Origin: Eledone cirrhosa
Lineage: Eukaryota
DNA length: 64,000 nucleotides
Assembly (NCBI GenBank): GCA_964016885.1
Contig: OZ024743.1
Coordinates: 157,108,001-157,172,000 of the forward strand
Direction: 5' to 3'
Below, piece after piece: positions 40,975-54,866 of this stretch. The notes below the pieces were generated by a model. The model saw nothing but the letters and a program-made list of their open reading frames with translations. It was not told the origin of the DNA and searched no databases. The translations under genes and the position numbers were made by a program. Position 1 is the first letter of the stretch. The number at the start of each line of letters is the position of its first letter.

Positions 40975-41921
40975 TCTCTATATATAAAACTGAGGATGTC
41001 TGTCTGTGTGTGTGTGAGTTCGAATCCCTAAAACTCAAGAACCACCCAATCGACTGTTTTCAAACTTTACACATCTTTCAGGGAGTGTTCGGAGCCCAGA
41101 AAATGTCAAATTGCCTATGCCCCAGGGACCACATTAGGCGATTTAGCGATCTCGCTCTATAATTCTTAGTCTTTCAGTTTTTAGATAGATACTTATAACG
41201 TCGAGCCCTTATAATATGTGTCTGTATGTCTGACTGTCTGCATTACGTCACTTTCTTGAGGATATCAGTGTGTGTGTGTGTGTATGTGTGTGTGTGTGTA
41301 TGTGTGTGTGTCTATGTGGGTGTGTGTGAGTTTGAATCCCTAAAACTCGAGAAGTACCAAACCGGTTTTTTTTCAAACTTTACATGTGTATTACCTATGT
41401 TTCAGGGAGTGCTATACGCATAAACAAATTCAACTTTTCTTTTCTCCTAAGGCCCGGATTAGGTCACAAACTGCGTTGCTTAACATTTTTAGGGGTCTTT
41501 TGAGGCGTTATGTCAGACCGATTTTCTTGAAATTGTAACTATGTATTAGTCAGTCTCTTCTTCATACCGTAAGCAAAGAAAATCCAACTTTCTATGGCCT
41601 TGGGCCCGCATTAGGTAAACAACTTCATTCTTTCAGCTTCTTAGGGCTTTTTGGAGGCGTTACGTCTAGCCGATATTTTCCCGAAATTTCAAGGCATATT
41701 ATGCACATAAAAAAAATTCATTTTCTTGATCCTCTAGGGCTCGCATTAGGTGAAAACCTGCATCTTTCCTGCTTCATCGAGGAAAATCTTAAAGATTATC
41801 CAGCCATCAGAGTATTCGGTTTATTTTCTTTACATATTGTCCAGGCATGCAGGTTTTAGGTCTATTGGCGGCCCGCTTTCTAAAATACCTTATCCCGTGC
41901 AACGCCGGGTACCACTGCTAG
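40975..41921 (+). mobile_element. Non-autonomous Helitron
   Basis: A|TC..TATATATAAAACTGA..TGTCTGTC at the 5' end; 3' hairpin CCCGTGCAACGCCGGG then CTAG|T; internal duplications. Confidence 0.85.
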
Positions 41922-41922
41922 T

Positions 41923-41957
<35 letters not shown>

Positions 41958-42509
41958 GTTGCACCAATTAATAGGCAAATAATCGGAATCGACCATGTTA
42001 TCGATTAATCGAGATAAGAATTTTTCTTCCAATTCATCAGGTTTGGTAGTCGCTCATTGTTGTTTTATTATGATTAATAGATCAGTATGCGGGAGTCAGA
42101 AACCTGACATGTGAGATGGATCTTTTCGGGTAGAAGAGAGACAGCCCTAATCACATTAAAAGAGTACTATATTCAATTACATGTTTATTTTAAATGTTTT
42201 TTCAAATGAAAAAAGTCCGATAATATTCATTCACATTATCTCAAAGAAAGAACTTTAATTTAATGATCAAGTTTACGAATTCGTAATTCATAATATGCAT
42301 ACATCAACATTTCTGAATTTTCGGTGCATAGCCGATTTCTTGTAGCTCGTATATTTTCACAAACCTACAGTAAATTCGGCCAGTTGTCTATCATCTGCTT
42401 TTAAATAGTAGCTCTATGATTTTGATTAATTGTAAACTATTATTCTATATTGCTTAGTTAATTATAATACGCATTTTCATATAATAATTCATAATTAAAT
42501 TATAGATGA

Positions 42510-42928
42510 TGCAGTGGAACTACGTCGCACCACGCAATAGCAATATCTTCATACGCAATAAGGTCAAACTGACCAATGGGAAGTTGCGTATGAATACATG
42601 GTCAATCTCACTCTCGCTCTCTAGGAAAAACCTCAGAGAGCACTCGAGAGACCAGACAGACCAAGCTGACCAGGAAAGGATACAGACGCGCGAAGATTTA
42701 TATGTAAAATGACCCCTACATTCCTTTTGCTACAAATAAAATTATATTTATAGAGGATTGAGCATTAAAGAGCTATTTATTTATATCCTGGAAGTCAGAA
42801 ACATCTACTATCGATGAGAAGCAACCAACTCTTCGATTAAGTTATGTCCATTATATCGCTTATAACTAAGATCTTTCGAAGAGCGATAACAACAATGTAA
42901 AAGGATATAGATAAATATTAACCCCACA
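42510..42928 (+). repeat. 5' LTR
   Basis: Direct repeat of 47139-47557, with roughly 20 differences by eye. Confidence 0.93.
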
Positions 42929-43189
42929 TATTATGTATAAAATCCTTCACACACATAAAAAAAGAATGTCGAGCTTACAATAACAGAATATTTCTTCGCC
43001 ATGGCATTTTTGTCCAATATGGCGACTCACCTCCTCCTTCTTCATCACTGATTCCCGCGCTTTACTTTGGCCGACATAAGCGCACTCTCTACTGTTGCAA
43101 GGATGCTATGGAACTTAAACAATTATTTTTACATGTTTTGTTCAGAGCTATTTTGTTAAAGTTTACGAACGAACGTTTTTGCCCAACAA

Positions 43190-43935
43190 TGTCAAATAAT
43201 TCACTACCGGTTTTTTTGCGAAGATCTGAGAATCTGGCTGGCACAAATAGAATCGTTTTTCCTCGCACACAATATTTCGTCCGACTCTAGACAGCTTTTA
43301 CTGAGTGCCATTCCTGCTTCCTTAACACCAACCGTTAAGGACTTAATTACCCACCTGGTTCCGGAGGCTACCTATAGCAGCATAAAAAAGAAATATTAAC
43401 CGCACTTCTGTCTCTCTTGAAGTTTCGCACCCTAGTTAAGGATGTGCACTTTGGCGAATATACACCTACACAGCTCTTATGGAGGAGAAGAGAGCTGGCG
43501 GAAGACGCACCGGCCGACAGCGCCATGATCAAGCAGCTTTTCTTCTCTAGGCTGCCGCTTAATGTTCAGGCCATTTTAGCAGCGATGACCGAAACCAGTT
43601 CGGTGGATCAGTTGGCGTCATCCGCTGATAAAATGTTGGAGTACTCTGGCAATTCGACCACTGCTACCCCATCACGACTTGCAACAAATGCTTCACCTTT
43701 TCCTGTCGCGCCAGTTTCAGCCAGCGCCACTTGGACCAACGAAGCAACACTAAAGGCCATCCTTGACCTTACGAAGTTTATCCAGATCGAGATCTCCCCG
43801 AAAACGGGCGCGGAATCGCTCGAATTCTTCACGTCGTCATTTCCAACCTTCACCATCGGGAGCATGCTCTTACCATAACCGTTTCGGAGCCTCTGCTCAT
43901 AAATGTATCCAGCCTTGTTCCTTTTCTCTCCGGGG
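43190..43935 (+). pseudogene. gag: Gypsy gag (frameshifted)
   Basis: IWLAQIESFF, FFSRLPLNVQAIL, C-terminal CSYHNRFGASAHKCIQPC. Confidence 0.8.
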
Positions 43936-43989
43936 AAACGAAGTGACGGAGAATTGAGCACGACGTCTTCTCCGCAATTCAGTACTGAA

Positions 43990-46895
43990 AGTCGTGCATT
44001 TTTCATTACAGATTCCTTCTCGCACACATGCTGCCTCATCGACACGGGTGCGTGTTGCAGCATTTGGCCGTTAAAACTCTTGAAAGAGAAACCTCCTCTC
44101 TCACACATATCTCTACAAGCTATACACCATTCAGCTATCTCTACGTATGGACAAATCTCTCGCTCTTTGGACCTGGATTTACGTAGATTTCTCATGGATT
44201 TTCACCATTTTGCCATATCCTATTCTGGGTGCTGATTTTTTGCATCATTTCAATCTTATGGTTCATATACAGATACGTCGTTTATTGGACGCAACTACGA
44301 ATCTTTCTGTGCTTGGACGTACTTCAGTAATCCAGTCTATCAGTCCAGTCTTCTAAATCGCTGCTTCGGATTTATGCGCTTTTGCATTCCTTTCCGGAAT
44401 TAACGAAGCTGAACTTTGTGGTAAATACCCTCCTCACTCTACCAAACATTTTATTGAGGCTAAGGCTGCTCCAGTTTTTTCACGCCCGCGTCGCCTTGCT
44501 CCGGAAAAATTGAAAGCGGCTAAGGCAGAGTTTAACCATATGCTGCAGTTGGGTATCATTCGCCCTTCTTCCAGTCCGTGGGCCTCGCCTTTGCACATGG
44601 TGTCGAAACGTTCGGGAGACTGGTGTCCCACTGGAGATTTTCATCGATTAAATTCGATCACCGTGCCGGACTGATACCCAATTCCTCACACCCAGGATTT
44701 CACTTCTTCGCTTCATGGATGTACTATATTTTCAAAATTGGACCTGATCAGAGCATACCATTAAATTCCTGGGAATCCTGCGGACATTCCTAAAACTGCT
44801 GTTACCACACCTTTCGGTGCATTCGAGTTTTTAACAATGCCTTTTGGACTACGCAATGCTGCTACTACCCTCCAGCGATTTATGGACGAAGTCTCGGCGA
44901 CCTGGATATTGCTACATTGACGATATTCTCACCGCGAGTGCTTCACTGAAGGACCATATCTGCACCTCCGCCAACTGTTTCAACAATTTAGACAGTACTA
45001 AGTTCGCATTACCCCTGCGAAGTGTATTTTTGGCGCTGCTTCACTCGTCTTTTTAGGCCACGTGATAAACTCTGAGGGAATATTCCCACTTCCTGAGAAA
45101 GTGAAGGCTCTTCAGGAACTCCCTCCGCCTACTTCTTTGCGACAGCTGCGGCAGTTCCTGGGCTTCCTAAATTATTATCGTCGGTTTATCCCGCATTGCA
45201 CAGAACCCTTAGCTCCACTATCTGATCTCCTGTGTAACAGAAAGAAGAACGAGCCAATCGCTTTGGGACCCATGCAACTTGAAGCATTTTCCAAAGAATT
45301 TAGCAAACGCATCTCTGCTTGCTCATCTTGTTTCTGGTGCCCAGTTTTCGCTGGTTGTTGATTCATCAAGCACAGCGGTAGGTGCAGTATTTCAACAGCA
45401 CCACCAATAACAGCTTCAACCTCTTGCTTTCTTTTCTAAGCAGCTGAAGCCTGCTGAATCCCACTATAGCGCCTTCGGCCGCGAACTGTTTGCCATTTTC
45501 CTTGCTGTGAAACACTTTCTGCATTCACTGGAAGGCCTACAATTTGCGATCTATACTGACCATCGTCCACTTACGTTTGCACTTAGTTCCAATCCGGACA
45601 AATACTCACCTCGAGAAACTCGTCACTTGAACTTCATATCCCAGTTTACGAATGACATTCGTCATATACCGGGTGATCAAAACACAGCGGCGGGGGCCTT
45701 ATCTCGCCTACCCATCAATGCTTTGTCAGCACCTGCGACCGTTGACTTGCATATTATGGGTGCAGAACAGCCCACCCTAGAGTCGTTGGATCTGTCTTCA
45801 CCTGAATTTGCAACCTACAAATTTAAATACCTGCCTGTACCCACTTCGGACTCTTAGATTATGTGTGATACTGGGACAGATTCACCTCACCCTCTGGTAC
45901 CAGAGACTCATCGTCGAATAGTTTTTGATTCTCTACATAGTTTGGCACACCCCGGAATTTCTACCACAGTGAAACTCATTTCAGCTAGATTCTTCTGGCC
46001 GAATATGAGACGTCATATCACTGCCTGGTCACGTTCCTGTTTATCTTGTCAAAAGTTAAAGGTGCATAAACATATTCGCGCACCTCTCGGCACATTTAGC
46101 ACACCTGACGCCCGTTTTTTGCCACATACACATTGATATCATGGGAGCGTGGCCTGCCAGTCGTGGATGTTCATACATCCTGACCTGTATTGACCGTTTC
46201 ACCCGATGGCCTGAAACCATTCCTCTAAGTGACTTTACTGCTGAATCTGTAGCGCGAGCCCTGGTTTCAGGCTGGATATCGCGCTATGGGGTTCCTACCA
46301 CTATTACTACAGATCGGCGCTCAACGCATCCGGACTACCAGTTACCACCCTGCATCTAATGGAATGGTAGAGCGTTTTCATCGCCAGTTAAAAGCCGCAT
46401 TGCGTGCCTATCCGGATACTCTATATTGGAGCGACTACCTCCCCATAGTATTTATTACTCGGTATCCGCACTTCAATGAAAGAGGACCTTGAATTCTCTC
46501 CAGTCGAGCTTCTGTACGGCACTACATTATCTCTGCCAGGGCAGATGCTTGCCCCAGTTGACCTTGCTACTCAGGACCCTACACTATATGTGACCTGTTT
46601 GCGTGCATATTTTCAAGTCCTGCCTCCTATGAACACTAGGCAACAAACCATTAAATATTCGGTTCCGAGAGACATTGCCTCGTGGACCCATGTTTTTGTC
46701 AGAAATGACGCAGTGAGAAGTCCTCTCACTCCACTTTATTGTGGATCCTATCGCGTACTTGCACGTACAGATAAACATTTCACCATTGACTTTAATGGAC
46801 ATAAAGACACAGTCTCTATTGACAGACTAAAGCGGGCCTACACAGATGCTCTCACACCAGAGCCTCATACTCCCCCTCCTACAGTGTGTCAATAA
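43990..46895 (+). pseudogene. pol: Gypsy pol (protease, RT, RNase H, integrase; multiple frameshifts)
   Basis: LIDTGA; SPWASPLHMV; YIDD at 44913; YTDHRPL; HHCC-type HSLAHPG..CLSCQ; [10 protein letters not shown]; [14 protein letters not shown]. Confidence 0.93.
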
Positions 46896-47138
46896 AAGCA
46901 CCACCGCAAACACCACAATCACAAACAAACACTCCTTTACCTTCAACATACATCATGACAACTCGCAGTGGCCGTCATGTCCATTGGCCCAAGAAACGTT
47001 GTAAAACAATTTTCATATGAACTATTTTTTTTTATATTTTTTCTTCAGTTTTGTATTTGCGTGGCATGGATTATGTTACCTTTGCAGACAATTTCTCCTC
47101 ATTCTTTCGACTGCTTTCCAATTCTAAGCAGAGGTTGG

Positions 47139-47557
47139 TGTAGTGGAACTACGTCGCACCTCGCAATAGCAATATCTTCATACGCAATAAGATCAAACTG
47201 ACCAATGGGAAGTTGCGTATGAATACATGGTCAATTTCACTCTCGCTCTCTGGTGAAAAACCTCAGAGAGCACTTGAGAGACCAGACAGACCGAGCTGAC
47301 CAGGAGAGGATACAGACGCGCGAAGATTTATATGTAAAATGACCCCTACATTCCTTTTGCGACAAATAAAATTATATTTATAGAGGATTGATCATTAAAG
47401 TACTATTTATTTTTATCCTGGAAGTCAGAAACATCTACTACCGATGAGAAGCAACCAACTCTTCGATTAAGGTATTTCCATTATATCGCTTATAACTAAG
47501 ATCTTTCGAAGACCGATAACAACAATCTAAAAGGATATAGATAATATTAACCCCTCA
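47139..47557 (+). repeat. 3' LTR
   Basis: TGTAGTGG...CCCCTCA. Confidence 0.93.
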
Positions 47558-47624
47558 TCTTTTCTATAATAATATGCACGGTCAACCATTAATCTCCAAC
47601 CAGTCAATTTTCTTATCAGTAATT

Positions 47625-47659
<35 letters not shown>

Positions 47660-47757
47660 GGAAAAAATGAAATTTAATTTCTCACTCTTAGTACGGCTGC
47701 TAAACGTACATACATACACGTATACAGACGTAGTAGTATGTATATACATACATGCAC

Positions 47758-47795
<38 letters not shown>

Positions 47796-49248
47796 GCATG
47801 GGTTTACCGAACATTTTTTTATAATGTTAACCCGGTAAGACTCGACAGAAAGTAGTCAAATCTCAGTGAAAGCCAAAATAGCTAAACCTTACAAGCTTAA
47901 ATTTAGAAACGTAATGTTCGGGTTGAGCCGAACATGGTGAATACCTATTCAAAATCTAAGATAATGACACGTAGGTGTTTCATCTTTATGAACAACCCAA
48001 TTGATTCATTGATTCATAATCTACACGACCGTTACCCTGCAAAATAGCACCATTCCTACATGTTTTGTAAACAATATAAGCCCAATAATATCCCGACCCA
48101 GACAGCACCTTCTCTACCACATCAGCACCATATAAGATACCACAAACCCAATTTACAACTTGTACAATAACATTTCTCACAAAACATATACTAAAGAGAG
48201 TAACCATCCTAAACATAAATATACAAAGCGAATGGCAGATGTAATTAGAGACTCTTCATGAGTAGCGATAAGAGAAGAATCAATCTCTAATGCATTAACT
48301 CACTCTACTATATGTCTGTGGTACTCATTATTTAAGTAGGGGGCAATTAAAGGATTTCAGGATTTGGACTATATCTACAAGTTATACATAAAAGAGACGT
48401 AATTCATAAGAGACTATATACAGAATGGATAAGACAAATAATTTCTTAATTCAAAGATAATTTCAACAAGTTGTTTCTCTTTAGAGGTAAAATTAAAGGA
48501 AGAGCCGTTTAGATAGTCTGCTCTATATATTGGCAGCTATTTAGAGATCTTAGTTCCACACACGACAGAAACAAGCGAGAAGATGAATCAGTCATTAAAT
48601 ATCACCGATTCCGAGCCTCCGTCCTTTGAAAGTTGATATAAAGTCTCCAAAATGATCCTTTTGTTTCGTGATGAACTCAGTACTTAATAAATTCAAGTAG
48701 AATTAGAACAATGTGCAAAGACACACACATATTTACACGCCTAGAAGTCATCTCGTTGAATGCTAAAACAATTAATTCTATTCTAAAATGCCCAATAGGT
48801 CGATCTGTAAAAATAATGTTAGCAATCATTACCATTAACAGATTTATTAAATTTAGGCAACTTTCAAGAGGTAGGTATGTTCCTGAATCGTCCTCTCTTT
48901 CCTCATGCGTTGAAAGCAACAGAACGATCATTGTTTTGTCATGTCTCGGAGAAGACTTGGTTATGCTTCCACAAACATTCTGCAAGGATGGTTTATATCT
49001 TCCAATAGGGTGTAGTTCGATGTGATTTTGGCTGCTTTTCTGAAATAATAAAAGGATCAAAACCTTATTGTTTATTTATGTTATTATTAAGGGCAGCCAA
49101 TATTAGAATCGATAGTGCACTAGACAATATTCCTTACGGCTCTTTGATTTTGTTCACATTGTTTCGAAGTTCGATTATAATCCGCATTAGTTAATATTTA
49201 ATTGACTGGCTGACTACTAAATATGTGACCTAATGTCAAAGTTATAAT

Positions 49249-49438
49249 TAATTGTTTCTACTTTAGGCACAAGGCCATCAATTACCCAGTGCATTACTGG
49301 TACTTTATTTTATCGACCCCGTAAGGATGAAAGGCAAAGTCAACCTCGGCGGGATTTGAACTCAGATCGTAAAGGGACGTAACTATGCTGGAAAGCATGG
49401 CGTCCGACCCTCTACTGATACTGCCAATCCACCGCCCT
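49249..49438 (-). mobile_element. Full-length family-1 tRNA-derived SINE
   Basis: A box TGGCAGTATCAG, B box GAGTTCAAATCC; flanked by the direct repeat GTTATAATTAAT. Confidence 0.92.
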
Positions 49439-49599
49439 TGTTATAATTAATAGTGGTTGCTGAGCACCGACATTTATAAAATATGCAAACAAATCCCATT
49501 CTAATTTATGTCACAAGTACAAGATCTATTTTGGGATATTGATGTAGTTGATTAATATAAGATTTTTTACCCAAGAATTTACCAATTTGCTCAATTCAT

Positions 49600-49860
49600 C
49601 CGCTTAAATAGAAATCAATTGCAAACAGCAATTGGAAAGACAAAATACAAGTGGAAATGCTCTGATTAGTTTTAAAAGAATAAGGTAAATGAGTTAGAAA
49701 ATGTTTTGTTCCTCGATGAAGCGTATGCTAATTTAGATGAGGCAATTTACAATAATCATGTTCATTCATTGAATGCAGAAAATCCTTGTTTTGTGCGGAA
49801 TAAAATCTCTACCTTCTAAAACTGATTTGTATTTGAATGGGATTATCAGATAAAACAATA
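49600..49860 (+). pseudogene. Possible decayed Tc1/mariner-type transposase fragment
   Basis: NVLFLDEAYANLDEAIYNNHVHSLNAENP resembles the FSDEAxFxLxGxVNxxNxRxWxxENP motif. Confidence 0.4.
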
Positions 49861-52729
49861 TATAGTTGATAATTGAACATTTAAAAATGTTATCTATTGA
49901 GTAAAATATATCAACCACATGATTTCCTATTCCTAACATAGCATCAGGAATATTCCAGTAAAAGTTTCCAATAAAGATAGGATTCCACCATTATACAAGT
50001 CAATATGAAATATTTGTGAGCACTAACAAATGAATGAATCAATAATCATATATTATTTTTTCACACAATCATAATTTTGATTCTAGTTGATTTCTATTAT
50101 TGAAAGTTGTATATGCGATAGTAAAGAAGAAAGATGCACTGTAGAGTAGCTTTCGTTAAGAATATAGAATATGATATTAGTGTTCTCTAGGATCAGGCCA
50201 GATATAAAAGTGCAGAAGTATACAACTACGGGCAATGGAAAATATAATGAACACTTTGAAATATTATATAACTTGATGATTACTTTTGTAATTACTGTGC
50301 ATTCTAAAATTATATGTATTTTTTTAAATCATGTCTTTTTAAAAATGAAATATTCTTATATAAAGCTTTCATTATTAAGCTAATTAATTCCTTGAGTGAT
50401 TTATGCAATAAAACGTATAATGTAATTTATTGATTTGCCTTCCAAACATTTAACATTCTTACTAAATATTCCACACTTCACACTTCATTTCTTCTTTTAG
50501 TCTTCACTTCACAAATCTAAAGGGGGAAAAGAAAGATATGAAATAACAGGAGAAAGGAAAATATAAATTCCAAGTTATTAAATACTTTTAGTGAAGCATC
50601 TCAATAAATAAAACTGTTTTCTTCAAATGGCCTTTTTCTTGATTAGTATATCCGATAGTTGTTTCATTTTTATTTAATTAATTTTATATAACTTGACAAA
50701 TTTTTAAAACATTTAAAAAGGCAAATATTACTAATAGTTTTCTCTGTCTGTATACATGTACAACTAAATTGGTAAAACTAAATTGTGTACTAATGAAATA
50801 TTGTGTAATAGATGGCTGATTAAAAGTACGTTTCAAAGTAACAAGCTACATGCTCTAGATTGATCCTAAACCCCTGCACCTTCGCCTAGTGTATTCGATC
50901 ATAGCCTCTTGCAGGTAAGCTCAATTCGTCACTTGGTTTAACTCTATTCTTTTAACATTGGGTGGCATTAGTTGCGTACAGGCTCTTGAAAGAATTCGGT
51001 CAAGGTCATGATTCTGTCTTGCATTTTCCCCGCCTGTCTCGATGGCACTGTGAATAAGTATGAATGCTGCCCATCTTTCTCTTAGTACGATATAAAAAAA
51101 AAGTTCATACATATTCATTCATATCTACAACAGACTGATCATTTCCCTTTTCTTGCATAATACACATCATATTTCTGGAATCATTTCTTCTAGTGTATTT
51201 AATGTTACTTGTTTTAACACATGGGAGACGAAGCTTAGCACAATATTGTTCCATAATTGGGTATCCTATTAAATTTGTAGACGACAATCGACTTTAAAAT
51301 AATTGAAAATATTTTCAAAAATTGGGAATATTAATTTCGAATCTTGCTTTAACACGATTAATAACTCGCAGAAGTGTACTGCACACTCACACAACCCTTA
51401 AATCAACAGATAGCGTAATGCATACACACAACGATTGATTTATCATCACCATACATCTCCTTCTCTCTCGCAGCATCATCATTGTTATCAACAGTGTTTG
51501 TACTAATATCTAATGCAGATTGAATTTTTTATTTCGTATTAGAATGTTTTAATCCCCTATATTCTAACAGATTTTCACCTTAAATGTAAATTAGTGCATT
51601 GTTTTCACACTTCACTTCTTTTGTTTTCTTAATATCTTGTTCGTTATTGATAACATAATTTTAAGAACACCTTTCGGGTGCAGGCTGAATTTGATTAGTC
51701 ATACATTGCTGAATTGACTGAACAAACTATTAGATTTTTCCCTTGCGTTTTATATTAATGATGTATAGGTTTTTAATTGCTTCTCTTTTTTCTGCTAAAG
51801 CGTGTTCACACCATATTTTGATAACCTAAAACATATTTATGCAAATTATACAATTATCGCATTAATATAACTTTCCCATGACTATTGCAGTTTGTCAGCT
51901 CCATGGATGAAGTCAAATTTATCACCTCATCATTTTTAGGTTTATGAATATTTTAGTTACAACTGTCTAGAGAAAATATGTTGCTTGTGTTATAGGTAAT
52001 CGCTAGTTTCTCAGGGCTGGGGGAATAATCAGATTGCATGTTCTAATTTCAAATCCTCTGCAATTGCTTTAATGTCTTTCTCGGAAAAGGATTTAATTTT
52101 AGGGAAGCTGGGTAGAATGGGGTTTTTAGGAGTTATTGGAGGATAGATAGTAGTGCTAAAGGTGAGAGGTATTTTGTTAGCATATTGTTTTTATTGATGC
52201 TGTTAACGCTAATATTGTAGTACCAGCAAAAACTATATAAGGTATTTTGCAATTTACTGACATCTTATACGTGGTCCTCATATGTCTCAACTGCCTATAA
52301 TGAGCTATCTACTGTGAAGTCGCTTGGGACTATTGAAGATTTAGAGATGTTATAAGCCAATGTTACATTGGTCTAGTGCATTTCGAGTGGTGAGTGTAAC
52401 AATGGAGCGTTATTACAATTCTACTTCGGTACTATAGGTGAAATGTATACAAGGCAGAAAACAAAGGTTTTTGTGGTCATCATCATCGTTGATATTTTTA
52501 TTTAGTATTCCATTAGATCTGATCGAACAGACATATGAGTAAAAGTGTTCAAACCATAGCTATCCCGTATTTCTTATATCAGGGACTATGTACAATGCCT
52601 GGTTACATTTTTAAGTATTTCGATAGGGACTTGAGTGGGATTTGGCTGCTATGTCTAACAGGTTGAGTCATTAGTCACAGGTTAAATATTACTCGATGGA
52701 TAGGACTTTTCTTACAGGAGGAAAAAGAA

Positions 52730-52768
<39 letters not shown>

Positions 52769-52774
52769 AAGTAA

Positions 52775-52831
<57 letters not shown>

Positions 52832-52850
52832 CAGCAGCAGCAGCAGCAGT
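52730..52850. repeat. (GTA)n(GCA)n microsatellite
   Basis: Read directly. Confidence 0.95.
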
Positions 52851-53117
52851 GTTTAACGGTTATATGGCAGTTTTTTATTCCTAGAATTGTTTATGAATTA
52901 AATTGAGCTCAAGTTTATTTATGTAAATGTTGTTGCTACTGCTGTGGTTTGAAACTTGTACTATACAAAAAGACAATTTTCTTTTTGCTGATGTTGTCGC
53001 TGTTTACCACCAGATCCTTTCTGATTGATCATACTCTAGATTAATGACATACCAACCATAGCCACCCTGTCTTTTTTTTCCATTCAGACATAATGTGTGT
53101 ACCTTATGCAACGGATA

Positions 53118-53306
53118 GGGCGGTGGATTGGCAGTATCGGTAGAGAGTCAGACGCCATGCTTTCCAGCATAGTTACGTCCCTTTACGGTCTGAGTTCAAA
53201 TCCCGCCGAGGTTAACTTTGCCTTTCATCCTTACGGGGTCGATAAAATAAAGCACCAGTAATGTACTGGATTATTATTGGCCTTGTGCCAAAAGTATAAA
53301 CAATTA
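53118..53306 (+). mobile_element. Full-length family-1 tRNA-derived SINE
   Basis: A and B boxes; central GCCTTTCATCCTTACGGGGTCGATAAAATAAAG; target-site duplication TTATGCAACGGATA. Confidence 0.93.
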
Positions 53307-54707
53307 TGCAACGGATATCCCATATCGTTTTAAAGACTCGTAAGAGATTCTTCTACAATTTCTAATATGTCGATGGACCACTTAATGATCCTCTCACTAA
53401 TACATTCAAGTAAAATTGCACTAGCTCCAGAATTCGAAGCTAGTTACAGGAACTTTGCTAACTCAGTGATGTTGTTTACACTCTGTGTCGTCTGCTGTTA
53501 TAGTGTTTTAATTAATCCTCACAGACCAAAATGAATAAAATTTGCATTTCTTAGAACCCTTAATTAACTTAGCTTTTATTTCATATGAAGTATTTTTTTT
53601 TTTTAGCTTTATTATTTGCATGAATTTTTTTGCTCAGCTTGTCAGTGTGTCAAAATTTGTAATTTTATAATAAAGATTATTTAATGCAAAAATATAAAAT
53701 ATTCACTCTTAATTATACAGCGAAAACGAATCTCTTCTCAATAATTCTACAAGCAACTGCCACCATGAAAATACGAGACAAAGAAAGAGGCGCATGTGTT
53801 GTTATTCGACCTGCGAAAAATAACAACAAAATCCTTCTTAAATGCTAAAGAGAGAAGATATTGGATAATGTTGCCCTAGATTCCATGTACTCAGAACAAA
53901 GCAAGAGTGGTTGTTTTACGGCTGGATGTCTTTGGCCATAATACTGCTCAATCAGAGTTGATTTGGCTACTGCGCAACAACAAAAACAAGAACCGTTAAC
54001 TATCCATTTATAATTAACATCTATACAGTTATTTACTTTTACGTCACAATTATCAACAACACTACCACACTTATCGCCATTAGGACAACCCCAATCACAG
54101 CCAAACCTATAATTGAAACGATCACACCAACATCTCTAGCACCGTCCTCACCATCGCAATAACTACAACTACCACTTTCATCACCAGCATCATAACCACA
54201 TTCACAATATTTGCTACCACCTTTACTACCATCATTGCATCCATTACTATCGGGGAATTATTACTATCAGCCCATCAATACAAGAGCTACTTAACTACCA
54301 AACTATTCACTAATACCAGCATTACTATAAGAACACTATCCTTCACACATTAATTACACCACCGCCATCACAACCACTTCTAACACCATTGGCACCATCA
54401 ATATCACCACCATTACTATCAATTCTACAACAACCAACACTACCAATATTAAACATGACCATTACTATCATAAATACGCCTGACCGTACAACCCTATTAC
54501 TGGCCTCATAACTTACAATACTGTCATCTGTACCCCGTTTGGCTCTTCAACAAGATTAAAGAAAGCATTAACATAGCAGTCAAATGTTCCTTGTAAAAGA
54601 TATAATGTCGGCAAAGAAAGATTCATCTAGTTTTCAGAATCTAGCACAGTCTTTCTGGCGTAGACCTTAAAAGGAGATTGTACTTTTAAATATGTTCATT
54701 ATTAGAT

Positions 54708-54866
54708 AGGACGCCAGGCTTTCTAGCATAGTTACGTCCCTTTATGGTCTGAGTTCAAATCCCGCCAAGGTTAACTTTGTCTTTCATCCTTACGGGGTCG
54801 ATAAAATAAAGTACCAGTAATGTACTGGATAATTCCTGGCCTTGTGCCTAAAGTAGAAACAATTAT
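54708..54866 (+). mobile_element. 5'-truncated family-1 SINE
   Basis: Sequence match; ATTATTAGATA direct repeats flank it. Confidence 0.9.

Larger units (their letters stand above)
42510..47557 (+). mobile_element. Full-length decayed Ty3/Gypsy LTR retrotransposon
   Basis: TG..CA LTRs of ~420 bp; gag-PR-RT-RH-IN order; purine-rich tract before the 3' LTR. Confidence 0.95.

Noticed and set aside
41953-42020. hAT-like terminus TAGAGTTGCACC
   Set aside because: No matching partner end was found.
47880-49060. ORFs of 76-127 aa in complex sequence
   Set aside because: No recognisable motif; probably old TE debris.
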